DNA of 52,669 nucleotides from Trichosphaerium sp. ATCC 40318 (lineage: Eukaryota > Protista > Tubulinea), in the NCBI GenBank assembly GCA_038496445.1, contig JALMLS010000445.1:1-52669 (forward strand), in the 5' to 3' direction. A model generated the notes under the pieces. The model saw only the letters and a list, made by a program, of their open reading frames with translations, did no database searches and was not told where the DNA came from. The translations under genes and the position numbers were made by a program. The stretch's first letter is position 1, and each line of letters starts with the position of its first letter. Shown here in pieces: positions 1 to 12,183 of this stretch.

Positions 1-323
1 ACTGTATTGGAGCTTTTTGTTGCAGCTGATCGATTTGATTTACAACGTCTTAAGTATCTATGTGACTTTCATGCTTGAATATTGATAAGGATACTGTTTG
101 TACTATGCTTGAGAGTGCAGATAAGCTACATTCTAAACTATTAAAGGGAAGGTGTATTTGGTGGATATTGCAGAATTATGGCGAAATGCTTGAGTCTGAA
201 GAGTTTAATGTTACTTTATCTGGTCATTTACGTTCTGCTGTTAATGCTGCTGCTGCTAAGGAATATTTTCCAAAATCTAAGAGGCGTAAGCTAACAGAAG
301 GAGGTGGATATGCTGCAGTATAG
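1..323 (+). CDS. 3' end of a BTB/POZ(-BACK) domain protein (5' part outside window)
   Basis: Frame 1 from base 1 reads TVLELFVAADRFDLQRLKYLCDFH (BTB C-terminal helices). After an apparent indel near 70-75 it continues as LNIDKDTVCTMLESADKLHSKLLKGRCIWWILQNY (BACK-like). Stop TAG at 321-323. Confidence 0.75.
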
Positions 324-586
324 GTTGATTTGACGATTTCGTAAAAAGAAGGAACAATCATGTGGTGTAAAGTCAAGTAATAAAAAGAAAAAAATTGTAC
401 AAAAAAAGTTGTTTCTGATATTTATGTCCTCAGTAACTCGTTCATTTGATGCATCCATGTTCCTTTTTGAGAGTTCTTAAGAAGGGCTAATACATACATG
501 TGTATCAGTTAGTCACCGTTATCTTCGTAATTCGTCCTAAAAACAGTCGTTTACTTTCAATTCGCATTCAGAAAAAGTAGTATCAA

Positions 587-2980
587 ATGTCGTGGGTTGT
601 TGTAGTGCTCACTTTTTACTTGTCTGCTACGCTAGCAAGTTGTACGAACACTTTCTACGTTTAGTTAACAATAAAAATGCTAACACACTCCTTAAGCGAT
701 TCCTTGGCAAGGCACGTGTGCAAAGCGGTTTTTCATGATGATGTTTTTCTGCGATGTTTAAGATAGCTTTGAAAACTTTGTAAATAGGACCTGACGCGGC
801 GAATATTACTCTAGAGGCTTCAAATCCTTATTTGGTATTCTCGAACTATCAAACACGTGATTTTAACTGCTGACTATAGAATGGTCCTTCACAAATACCG
901 TTATTGATAGATGAGGCCGTTTTGGATGTTGGTAAATAGTACGCTTTTGGCAACGACAATTCATACCACGTTTAGAGACCACGTGCAATCTTACGATATG
1001 CCTCTCTCAATCGTATATGGTTCTGCCTATGGTATCAAAATGGAGTACTGATACATGCACGCATTTATTTAAGGTAAACGTATGAAAGCAATTCGGTGTT
1101 GACTTTGAATTTGGAGGTAAGCCAAGATGTTTCACTCAAGCTTTTCCTTCACCGTGGACGTTTGGCAACTGGTTTTGCATGCAGTGGCAGCACGATTAAT
1201 AGCATGCACACGGTATCTCTTTATTTTTCTGGTGATAGATGTAATGGCACAGGCGTAACAAGTGATTGTATTGGTATGTCTTAGTTTTCATTTGAAAAAG
1301 TAAATATAACGCGAACTACACGTGACAGATTAGCTCAATTATCACAATGCTTTCAGTTTTCGTAAGTGCTAATAATTGTTATTTAGAGCCAATAGTTGGA
1401 TTCAATGGGACAGCTAATGATACTATAATTTCAAGATTAAACGTAGCTCCTGGAGTTTCTAAACTCACTGTTTCTACAGAGTACTCCTTAAAAAGAATTA
1501 TTAACATTTTATTCTTACAACAATCAAGGATCAATTCAAGTGAAAGTGATGTTCTATTATGTGCAAACAGAGAAATGTCTCCTGTATTCGAAAACGCAAC
1601 TTCGGTACAAACTTTTGTTTGAAAGTTGTTTTAACCACCACGTGGGTGCTCATTCAATGTATTGTGTAGAATGCTATTTGTAATGTAGGACAAGTTGAAA
1701 TTAGTAGTCCTGTACCTGATACTTGGTATATTGGAATGAAGCCAAACAATCCGTCTAACTTCACTTTTAACATTACTACAACAGGTAAATCTCCGAACTT
1801 GCTGCTATTCTTTTTTTGTTTAAATTTAACATTATGTTGTTTAAGAGTGCGAAGAAGGCTTTTATGGTATAAACTGCGATATACGTGCGCTCATAAATAT
1901 GTTGATGTTCGATTTCTAACAGTTTATAGAGCCAACAATTCTCGAAGCAAAAGGAGGTACTATCAAGCGCCTTTTATTTCTTCTGTTGTTTTTTATTTGC
2001 ACCAAATTGCTTTCCATTCAGCCATTAACTGACTTAAATATCAATCAAATATCATTTGACCTGACACCACGTGTTGATATTTTTTTTTTATTCCAAAAAG
2101 TATTTTGCCTCTATTTTCTACCGTCAGTACAAAAACCATGATTGCTAAGGATACATTTACTAGTTCAAGTTTTGACCTTGGAGCCTGATACCACATACTA
2201 CTTTTCACTATCAAAATTGGGGTCACATCATAGGATGTCAATATCACCTGAGCACAGATTTTCACCTATGCCTACTGTTCGTGCATCTATAGGAGCACTT
2301 GAAGAGTACAATCATGTCATACAAGGTGATCTCAGTTTTTTTCTGTACAAGCAAAGCTGTTACTCTAACTCAATATATGGGCGCTTATTTATGTCAAATT
2401 AGGTTGCACAGAGGAACATTGCAATATTGTTTACGTTATAGATACATTTTCAATTGAGGTATTTTGCAAATAACGCTCTGATACTTGTTACTAAGTTTAA
2501 ACTGTAACTTCTTTCTTTTTTTCATGTTTTTTTAGTCTGGCACGTGGTTTTATATTGTGCATACTCCTACGGCTCAAAAACCACATGATTGGATAATATG
2601 GACACAAACTATATGCCCTTCTGATTGTAGTAATGCAGGTTCATGCGAAATAACCGGCGCTAACAAAGGTAATAAAAAAAATAACCTTTTTCGTTTATTT
2701 TGATTGTTTTTTCACTAACTTAACAATCTTAGGATTATGCTCATGCTACTCAGGATTCACTGGATTTTATTGTCACTTACAGAAACCAAAAGGAAGCAGT
2801 ACGGATTTTTTCTTGTAGTTAGTTATGCTAACAAAAGATCAAACTTTAACTTTTTTCCTAACAGATTTCGGAGCGGCTTATATTGTCTTATCTGCTTTGG
2901 GAGTATTAACTCTTCTTGCTATTATTGGATGTGTGATGTATACAGTACAACAAAGAAACAGAAGGTACACAAACGCATAA
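587..2980 (+). CDS. Multi-exon single-pass membrane protein with signal peptide and EGF-like domain(s)
   Basis: ATG 587 gives MSWVVVVLTFYLSATLAS (signal-peptide-like). Many short GT-AG introns. Juxtamembrane EGF-like CPSDCSNAGSCEITG...LCSCYSGFTGFYC (2613-2775). TM and basic tail DFGAAYIVLSALGVLTLLAIIGCVMYTVQQRNRRYTNA, TAA at 2978-2980. Confidence 0.7.
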
Positions 2981-3829
2981 TGCGAAAAAGATAGTCACAA
3001 GTCAAGCATAAAATGTTGAACAAAAACTGTCGTCTTCAGACTTTTCTATCACAATCCATTTCAGAACTTAACCTCCTTGGAAAATTAAGGCAAACCTAAT
3101 GGGTACTAATATGAATGATACTATTTGAGTAAGATTCACTTTGCTTTGAGCATTTCTAGCCTATAAATGAGCATTACGACGGAAATACTCGTGTGACATT
3201 TCGTACCTAGAACATTGTCACAGAGCTTTGAACGTTGTGCGCCAACTAAATCTGTAAGTGGTACGTCTTTGATCAACATCGTTTTATTGTCAGTTGAATC
3301 TCCTGTTACGCATCCCATCAACCTTTTACGCTACCTGCTACTTTGGTTTGCATACTGAGAATTGTAGTAAGTTTCTGCTTTAAGCAGAAAATGAAAATGG
3401 CTTTGTTGTCAACTACATTGCGAGTCAACAGTTGTTTGCCGGACAAAAATTTACAACCTAAATAAGTATTTATTTTGTAACACGTGGTCAAAAAAAATTC
3501 TTGTTATTTTTTACATGTCACTAATCAGTGAAGTACGCATTATGTGTCAGATAACTTGTTGTCACTATTCTTCAAAACATGTTACATATAAATGTGGATA
3601 GAATAGTTTGTTTGAAAGTTGTGATTTTGTACTCAATATCACTGGGTAACACACAACGCAACTTAGGCCTGTTCTTTCATCCTCGCTAGGTGAACAGCAC
3701 CTTCAGAGTTACTGTGGGTTATCACTGAACATTTAGTTAACGTGTTGTACCAGACCCAAAACAAATCAATGAATATCATGCAAACATAAAAGTATTTTAT
3801 CTAATATCTAGCACACGTTACACCGCTTG

Positions 3830-6800
3830 ATGTCTGAACAAAAACAACATACAGAAGAAACGCTATCGTTAGAAGGTTAGTAACAAGAAACATGATATTT
3901 TCACGTGTGCATTTAACAGTTCCAATGTAGACGAATTGGCGATACTTCGCAGACAATACGAAAGTATTACAACACGTGCGCTTACTCTTAACATGGCTTT
4001 TAATATCTTGTGACAATCTGTAGTAAATGACCTAAACAGCAGATTATGTAACGAAAAGTTTGATGAGACAATTCTATTGTACTCAGGTATGTACAATACG
4101 CTCATACAATATAAAACTGTATTTTAGCCCAACATGGTCTGGCTATTATTACAACACTGTGTATACATAAGGGTACCAACCTTGAATATACAAACAGTGA
4201 TGGACGGACAGCTATGCATCTTGCAGGTGACTTACTATATCGTTGTCAATACCCTTTTTGTTGTCAATGTACATTTGATGTAACTTGTACCTCTAGCATG
4301 TAATGGACACATTAAAGTTGTTGAAATATTACTTAATTCAAATGCAGATATTGAAGCAAAAGACAATGATGGATACACACCTCTCCATCGTGCAGGTACT
4401 TGAGTCTATTTAGTGTCCAAATGTTGTAATTTGTAATTCGTAGCACGTCATGGACACATTAAAGTTGTTGATATATTACTTGGTTCAAATGCAGATATTA
4501 AAATAAAAAATAACAATGGATGGACAGCTCTCCATCACGCTGGTACCTTGTTGTAAAGAAATGGATAGCTGTAACCACACTTCTTAGCACGTGATGGCCA
4601 TAGTAAAGTTGTTGAAATATTACTTGAATCAAACGCAGATATAGAAGCAAGGGGTATAGATGGGTGGACACCTCTACATCATGCCGGTACCTCTGTTGTC
4701 AAGAAATGGTAGATGTAACTCACACTTCTTAGCACGTGATGGCCATAGTAAAGTTGTTAAAATATTACTTGATTCAAATGCAGATATCGAAGCAAAAAAT
4801 AACAAAGGATGGACAGCTCTTCTCTTTGCAGGTACCTTACTGTTAATATATATATAATAACTTATATCTAACTTGTTTCTTAGCACGTAATGGACACAGT
4901 AAAGTTGTAGAAGTATTACTTGGTCAAAGAGTAAATATTGAAGCAAGGGGTATATATGGGTGGACACCTCTTCATCATGCCGGTACCATTTTGTTGTCAA
5001 GAAATGATAGATGTAACTCACACTTCTTAGCACGTGATGGCCATAGTAAAGTTGTTGAAATATTACTTGGTTCAAATGCAGACATCGAAGCAAAAAATAA
5101 CAATGGTGGGACAGCTCTCTTCTTAGCAGGTACCTTACTGTTAATATACTTGATGTAACTTGTGTTTCTTAGCACGTAATGGGCACATTAAAGTTGTAGA
5201 AATATTACTTGGCTCTAGTGCAAATATTGAAGTAAAGAATAACAATGGATTGACAGCTCTCCACCTTTCAGGTACCCATTTGTCAAAATTATGCAATTGT
5301 TGTAACCTTTCTTAGCATATTATGGGCATAATTCTGTTCTTGTTAGGTTATTGAAAATGAGTAAAGCCATTTCACTATCTACAAATATATGGCACAATAA
5401 GATGCTATTTAATAGGATAGTAATAGGTGTTGTTGATAATGATTCCTCATTCATTGCTGTATTTGAAACTGTGTTGACAGTTATGCTAAATGGCAAGCAA
5501 TCTAGCACTCTATGGCTATCTTGTGCAACAATGGAAGAAAGGCCACAATGGAGACTCAATCTTGCAAAATGGTTGCAATACTTGGTATGTCATTTCATTT
5601 TCAAAGAGTTTGTAAAACTAATTGTAATCATAACAGCCAACACGATCTTATTTTAAACTTGCATTACAAAAAGGGATTTGTTATTTAATATGTACATATG
5701 ATCGCATAGTTGTACAATCTTCGGTACGGCAGTCTTTCATCTCTGACTTTCAAATAACAGCTTTTTTTTAAAAGAGTTTCTGGATTCAGCACGGGGAATT
5801 AATGGAGGGACTATTATTCGACTTACCTGAGGATATGTGGATCAATCCAAAACACCCCAGTTGCATTGAGATATGTAAAAAAGAAGGATGGTGTACAAAC
5901 TCACTTAAAATAGCCAAGCAAAATCGTAGGATAATTTATACAATGCATTCTTTTTAAGTTACTATCTAGTCTTGCTGTGCTATGACTGTAACAAAAGAGG
6001 AGTCGCTTTATGTCAGTATTGTGCCGGTGAACATAACCCAAACCATGTAATTTATGTGCTAGAGTTGGTTATTAACTTTCTTCTAGAAACTTAGAAAATG
6101 GTCATTTGCTAAGCCTGCGTGTGAGTGCCAGGGTTGTGAACACAGTATTAATCCTACTTCTGTAAATCTTGTACTTGGTAACACACTTGCAGGTACAGCT
6201 CACCTTTCAATAGTGTCACACTAACACGCTGAAACTCAAGGATTAAAAAGTGAAACCTTCTGGGACTTAAATCCAAGATTACAGTATGCGCACTACTGGA
6301 ATAGATCTAACATTAAGTCAGTGTTCTTTCACAATTGTTTTGTCTAACTTTTATCGCAAGGGGTGCTGTTGAAAAAGCAACAGATTATAGAACGTTGAAT
6401 CTGTTTGATGACAACACTGTGGCCAAGAGAGAACTTGAGTTTCTTCATCAACAACTATCAAAAATGCCTGGATATGATAGAGTCACTGTTGTAGAAGCAC
6501 TTCTTGTATGCAATGATGTCTTGACTCGTAACTTTGGGATGTACAATACAATAGTGAAACACAGACATCAGTACGTTTAACAACAAGTTTCTATTAACTC
6601 AACAGAGCTTACTCTTGACTCAACGCCAATACAACTTACAGGTTCTTTATAAACAAGAGCTTACACTACTATTTAGAGAACTTCCAAAGTTATTTTGTAA
6701 AGACGAATGGAAACAAGACAGTCATAAGAGAGCAGTGGCTGTGAGGTTTAACGCTCTGATTAATGACAACAGCCCAAGTACAAACACTTTAGAACAGGTA

Positions 6801-7869
6801 ATGACATTCAACATTAATCATCTTACACGTTTTCAGTCACCAGTTTTATTGATGGTTCATGGTACATCTCCTGAAGCTGCTTTGAGTATTGTAAAAGCTG
6901 GATTTGGTACTGTGAGTTCTTTAGATGGCGGGTATTATGGTCAGGGTGTTTACTTTACTGTACATGGCCATGTTTCTTAATTTATTCTTAACCTGTATTG
7001 TTTAGCGTAGCCTTGAATATGCTTGCTCATATGATACATCAGGAAATCGAGAATTGACTCTTGTTTTAAGTCTAGTCACTCCCGGAAATGTATATCCTGT
7101 ACACCAACGACTTTGCTATTTTATTTATTTACTGGCAGTAATAGGTTACAGAAAAGCCTAATGATGATGATAACTTTTATGGTAAACCAATAAAACCAGG
7201 ATACCAGAGTCACTATGCATTGGTAGACAAACTTGGAATTGCAGTTTCAAATGACAAAGTGAATGAGGCAGTGTGCGATGAGTTGGTTGTGGCACAAGGT
7301 ATTCCAAAAAACAGTCAATTGTAGTAACTTGCATTACAAAATACAAAGTACTAACATTCCATTTTAGATGTTCAAGCTGTAGCACGATACATAATTAAAG
7401 TTGTAAAGCAACTAAGGAAACGTAATACAACCAAATCAAAAAAGAGTAACCCAAAAAACAAAAAAACAACCAAGACACCAAAGAGCGTTGCCGATGATGA
7501 GAGTGCCAAGAAAATCGAACTTGAAACAAACTCAGATAGCGATGATGAGTTGTCAGATGACAAAGAGAACTTGTTGAAAAACAGGTACACGTAATCACAG
7601 CATTTACTTTGTTCCTTATATACATGTACAGGCAATTATGGGGAGCTACAAATTTGAACAAGCCAAAACAATTGAGCGCACATGATTTACAAGTGCAAGT
7701 ATTATCAAATAAGATCAAGGAAAAAGATACCAAACTGGAAGAACAAGGTGCTCAACTAGAAGAAAAAGATGCAAAATTGAAAGAGCAATGCACAAAATTG
7801 AAAGAAAAAGATACTCAAATTGCTGAACTTCTTTCTCGAATTGCTAAGTATGAGAGTACACTCAAATAA
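3830..7869 (+). CDS. Ankyrin-repeat / UBR-type zinc finger / PARP-family ADP-ribosyltransferase / coiled-coil protein (copy A)
   Basis: About 8 ankyrin exons (A..GH.KVVEILL.SNADIEAK.N.GWT.LH.A, 4130-5271). Spliced Zn finger CTNSLKIAKQNLLLCYDCNKRGVALCQYCAGEHNPNHKLRKWSFAKPACECQGC (5890-6140). ART motifs MVHGTS, GYYGQGVYFT, EYACSY, GYQSH, CDELVV (6850-7300). K/D/E-rich linker and coiled coil to TAA 7869. The true start may lie further upstream. Confidence 0.85.
4130..5271 (+). repeat. Tandem array of single-ankyrin exons (~99 nt exon plus ~45 nt phase-1 intron)
   Basis: Recurring unit 'tag|ca.g..atgg.ca.a.taaagttgt.gaaatattactt...tcaaatgcagata..gaagcaa...g|gtacc'. Introns at ~4543, ~4686 and ~4983 resemble each other, as do ~4832 and ~5132. 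Confidence 0.9.
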
Positions 7870-9626
7870 AATTGAAACTTGTAATGAAAAGTAATGTACT
7901 CACAATAAAGTAAATAGAACTTTTAAAAGGATATCGCTGTGTTATTGAACCTTTTTCAGGTAGTGTGACAGGCGAATCTAGCAACACAACAACTATAGCT
8001 ATTTCAATCTCTCTTGAAGAACTACTTCATGGAGGCCTATTAGTATAGGCAAGTCTGATGTTCATATCTAGAACTAGTGTAGATTTAACAAATCTGAAGT
8101 TCGTGTATAAGTTGTTGACAACATAATGTTTACTGAATTTTATTGAAGTACATTACATTGTACGTGTATCAACGTCTATCTCTGTTTATTCCACTTCTCC
8201 AATTTCAATGGTTCTACCTGGAGCAAAGAAGTTCAGTACTTCAGTGCTCTTAGCAGAAGTCCATTCTGGTTCTTTGTCAACCGGCCACACATACAAACCT
8301 GAAAAACAGAACTAAGAATCGAGTGTAGAGTCAAAAACAGCATACCTTGAATGGTTCCATTGGATCCAGGCCATGCCCAATGATTCACACCGTACACTTG
8401 CATTTTACAATTAGTCTCTATGCACAATGCAATTATTTTTTTGCCTTCAGCAGATCTTGTCTTATCGATGACATGCCCTAAACAACCATGTTAAAAAAAG
8501 AAAGCGTTTCGAAAAGTGGTTACCTTTGGTATCAAAGTGGATTTGAATACGTGGATGATCATGTACAACGCCATCGTATGACACAGAAGTTATTTTATAA
8601 CGACGCCATTTTGGAGAGTCTGTTGCATAGCGTAGATCGATACAGCTTGTTGGTGTATCAGCATCAGAAGGAACAGGGACTGGTTTGATCTTTGCTTGTT
8701 CTTCAGTGAGAATAGACCAAAGTTGGTTAGCGGTATGGTTGCTTGTGAATTGTAAAATAGCAGCGCCTTGTTCGCTTGTTGATCCTGGGACTTCCACACA
8801 TTTACCAGAGTTAACGTTGATAATCACTTTGTCTGAAAGAGACAGTTAGTTCAAAGATACAAGTGTATTCAGAAATTAGGAGCGTACATCCTTCATGGTC
8901 TTCAATGTACCACCTTTGAGTATTACTTCCGTGCCAATAGTACGTAATGGCGCGGGCACCATCCTTTTTGTCTCCATAGAAGATATCTAGAACCTAGGGT
9001 ATTGTTTGTTAGTATGCTGCGACTAAATTAAACTAACACATTCAACTTACATCGTTGTTGAAGGCAGTGATCTTGTATGTTTGTTTTCCAGCAACAATAT
9101 CCGATTTTTCAATCTTGTAAAGCTGTTTGGCATTGTCGGTTTCTTTCAGAGTACTTTGGATAATGTCACACACTTCTTTGTTTGTCACCATTTGTCCAGT
9201 TTGTTTCGTCTCGAATACAAGACCAGTGCATTTGTTCTTAAAGTAAACAGGTTTGTCGTAACTCATTTTTTATGTTGTTGTTATTTGTAGAGTTGTTGTT
9301 GCGTGTGTTGTTGAAGATTGTAATTGATATTAAGGAGGGTAACAAGTATTCTCATAACGTGAGAATGACAGGTTTTTTGACCGAAGGATATTTTCAGTTA
9401 ACAATTAACTAAAACAGCAATGGAGTCTTGGTAGTCGCGCAAGACAATCTATAAGATAACTACATACATTCGTTTATTGACTCAAGATGAACGACAGTTT
9501 TTTACCATGCAGTAGTGTAGCAACCTATGAACTGATCCTTAAACAATACACTGTTAATAACTATTGAGCAAATACAGAACACCTAATCTCCCAAATCTTT
9601 TGTCACACGTGATATTTTCCAGAGAA
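6684..9626. repeat. Left arm of a large inverted duplication (partner 11883-14627)
   Basis: Reverse-complement match from 'ccaaagttattttgtaaaga' (6684 / 14627) through the ART 3' half and the ricin-B gene to 'cacgtgatattttccagagaa' (9606-9626 / ~11883-11903). Confidence 0.92.
8186..9266 (-). CDS. Cytosolic ricin-B (beta-trefoil, QxW) lectin with an unrecognised C-terminal domain (copy A)
   Basis: Five exons: MSYDKPVYFKNKCTGLVF...AKQLYKI; VLDIFYGDKKDGARAITYYWHGSNTQRWYI; IINVNSGKCVEVPGSTSEQGAAILQFTSNHTANQLW (QxW ricin repeats); then ~130 aa ending NFFAPGRTIEIGEVE*. No signal peptide. Confidence 0.85.
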
Positions 9627-10162
9627 ACGTTATTTTCTCTCTTTTGTGTATCACTAGAAACACGTATTCAGCTATACAATCCAGCGCAGTATTTCATCCC
9701 ACACCAACTAACATTCCCTACTGTGTAGTTCTTGAAAATAATCTGCTGTTGTGCCTGCAGTAGTAGCAGCAACAAAGCACTGTGCTTGTTGAGTCAGATA
9801 GGCCAATTTGAGCCTAGATAAGCTGGAAAAAGAGACAAGAATTCCACAACTGATGGACTTAGGTGCGTGTAAGCTTTCATAGCAGGTTAAAAATTCAAGT
9901 TGTAGCCGAGAAGTACAGTGCCACCACTTCAACACTTGCAACAAAAACTGAGCGTCAACATTATTTTGATGACGTTTACTCCTAAAGAACCAAGCAACAC
10001 CGTCCATGGTGTTATATACTCAAATTAATTTGACCTTTTTGTGTAATCTTATGACAGTTTTTCGGCTAAAAACAGAACGGCTAATTGATGGTTTTTTGGT
10101 TAAAAAGTAACATTTTCTAGAGCAGAAAACCAAAAATCTAACAAGCGTAACAACAAACTAAA

Positions 10163-11647
10163 ATGTGTGACGATAATGGTATGGTACAAGCGCCTTAACA
10201 GGCCCTTTCGGGTATTACAAAACCTCATTGCGTTATAACCATACGTGACGCAACCACAACTTGTTTTATAGCATTTATGCGCGTGTCAGCATAGTTTTAC
10301 GCTAAAACTCCCGTTTTTACTCAAACGCAACGGACACGCTCTAATTTCATTCATAGTAAAAGCTTTGGTGGTAGATAATGGATCCGGTTTGTGTAAGGCT
10401 GGTTTTGCTGGCGATGACTCCCCACGTTCTATCTTCGCGTCTGTTGTCGCTCACAGCAAGGAAAAAGAGGAATCATACGTAAGTAAAGAAGCGCAAGCCA
10501 AACGCGCCGTTCAAACCTTGACGTACCCAATTGAACGTGGTATTGTAACCAACTGGGACGATATGGAGAAAATATGGCATACCGCCTTCAACGAACTCCA
10601 TGTTACACCAGAAGATCACCCAGTTCTCCTCTCTGAAGCACCATTGACCACAAAAGCAGACAAGTACACAGAACTGTCCTTTTACACTTTTATTGTTTTT
10701 TTTGAAGATTCCGAAAAAAGAAGTTGTTGTTTTTGCTTACCTATTGTTACTTTAGAGAGAAGAGGACCCAGATCATGTTTGAGACTTTCAATTTGAAGGC
10801 GTTATACGCTGAAGTACAGTCAGTATTGTCTTTGTATGCTTCTGGAAGAACAACAGGTGTGCTAGTCAACTTAACAAAAAAACAAGAAATCAAAAAACAA
10901 ATTCTTTGCTTTCTTTCGTACTTACTAACTTTGATATCTTCAGGTCTTGTTCTTGATTCTGGTTATGGTGTAACACATGTTGTACCTATTTTCGAAGGTA
11001 GAACCATCGATAACTGTATCATGCGTATGGATTTAGCTGGTCGTGATCTCACTAATTATTTGATGAAAATACTCTCTGAAAGCGGCTACTCTTTTGCCAC
11101 ACCATCAAAGGATGGTCAAGCTTTCGTAGCAGCCGAGAGAGAAATTATTCGTGACATGAAAGAGAAGCTCTGCTATGTTTCTCTTGACTTTAAACAAGAA
11201 ATGAGCACAGCTGAATCATCCTCTTCAATCAAGAAGTCACATGAGTTCCCTGATGGTAGAACCATAACTGTTGGTAATGAGCGTTTCAGATGCCCTGAAG
11301 CACTCTTTCAACCTTCATTGCTTGATGTTAAATCACCTGGAATTCATGAGTTAGTACATAACTCAATCTTGAAGTGTGGTTGTGGTCTCTATAAAGACTT
11401 GTACGGTAACATCGTACTCTCTGGTGGTTCTAGTATGTTCACAGGTATTACTGATCGCATGAAGAAAGAGGTGAGTGCTCTTGCATCTGACAATATAAAA
11501 GTTGAGATCGTTGAACCGAAAAAGTACTCTGTTTGGGCTGGTGGTTCTGTACTTTCTTCCCTACCTATGTTTGACCAATTGTGTATACCTAAAGAAGAAT
11601 ATGACGAATGTGGTCCTTCTATTGTGCATAAAAATCGGCTTGAATAG
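10163..11647 (+). CDS. Divergent actin / actin-like protein
   Basis: MCDDN|[112 protein letters not shown]. Three introns (~10179-10356, ~10664-10754, ~10857-10943). Confidence 0.95.
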
Positions 11648-12183
11648 ATATAAAGTGATGGCTATTACTCTTGAAGCAGACCTTGTCGTAAGGGAATATG
11701 ACTTCATAGTACATTGTTTACAAAAAAATAAATGAATTAGTTTTGAAAATGTGACGTGTTTTGTTTTCGGTCTTCTTAGTTTCCCACGCATGTTCTCTAG
11801 CTGACGTATCTTAACAAATTTTCAACATAAACAAGCAATCCTAACTACACTAGACACTTACGCAAGGTGTGAATATAAGTTGGTTCTCTGGAAAATATCA
11901 CGTGATACTAAAAAGGATTGTGGCTGTTTAGGTGCTACAATACTGCGTGGTTATTATAAAAACTGTCGTTCATCTTGAGTCAAAGCAGTATATTTCTTTA
12001 TTGATTGTATTGAGCGACTGTACAGACTCCGTTGCTGTTTTAGTTAATTGTTAACTGAAAATATCCTTCGGTCAAAAAACTGTCATTCTCACATTATGAG
12101 AATACTTGTTACCCTCCTTAATATCAATTACAATCTTCAACAACACACGCAACAACAACTTTACAATAACAACAACATAAAAA

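Noticed and set aside
3136-3321. Minus-strand 61-aa ORF as a gene
   Set aside because: Splice-like sites are present but no stop-free model or recognisable domain could be built.
4130-5271. CRISPR-like repeat-spacer array
   Set aside because: The units are ankyrin-coding exons separated by spliceosomal introns; the LRR arrays are likewise coding repeats.
3830-9266. Secreted AB toxin made of the ART and ricin-B genes
   Set aside because: They are separate convergent genes without signal peptides, the ART is PARP-like H-Y-E rather than R-S-E, and copy C has no adjacent lectin.
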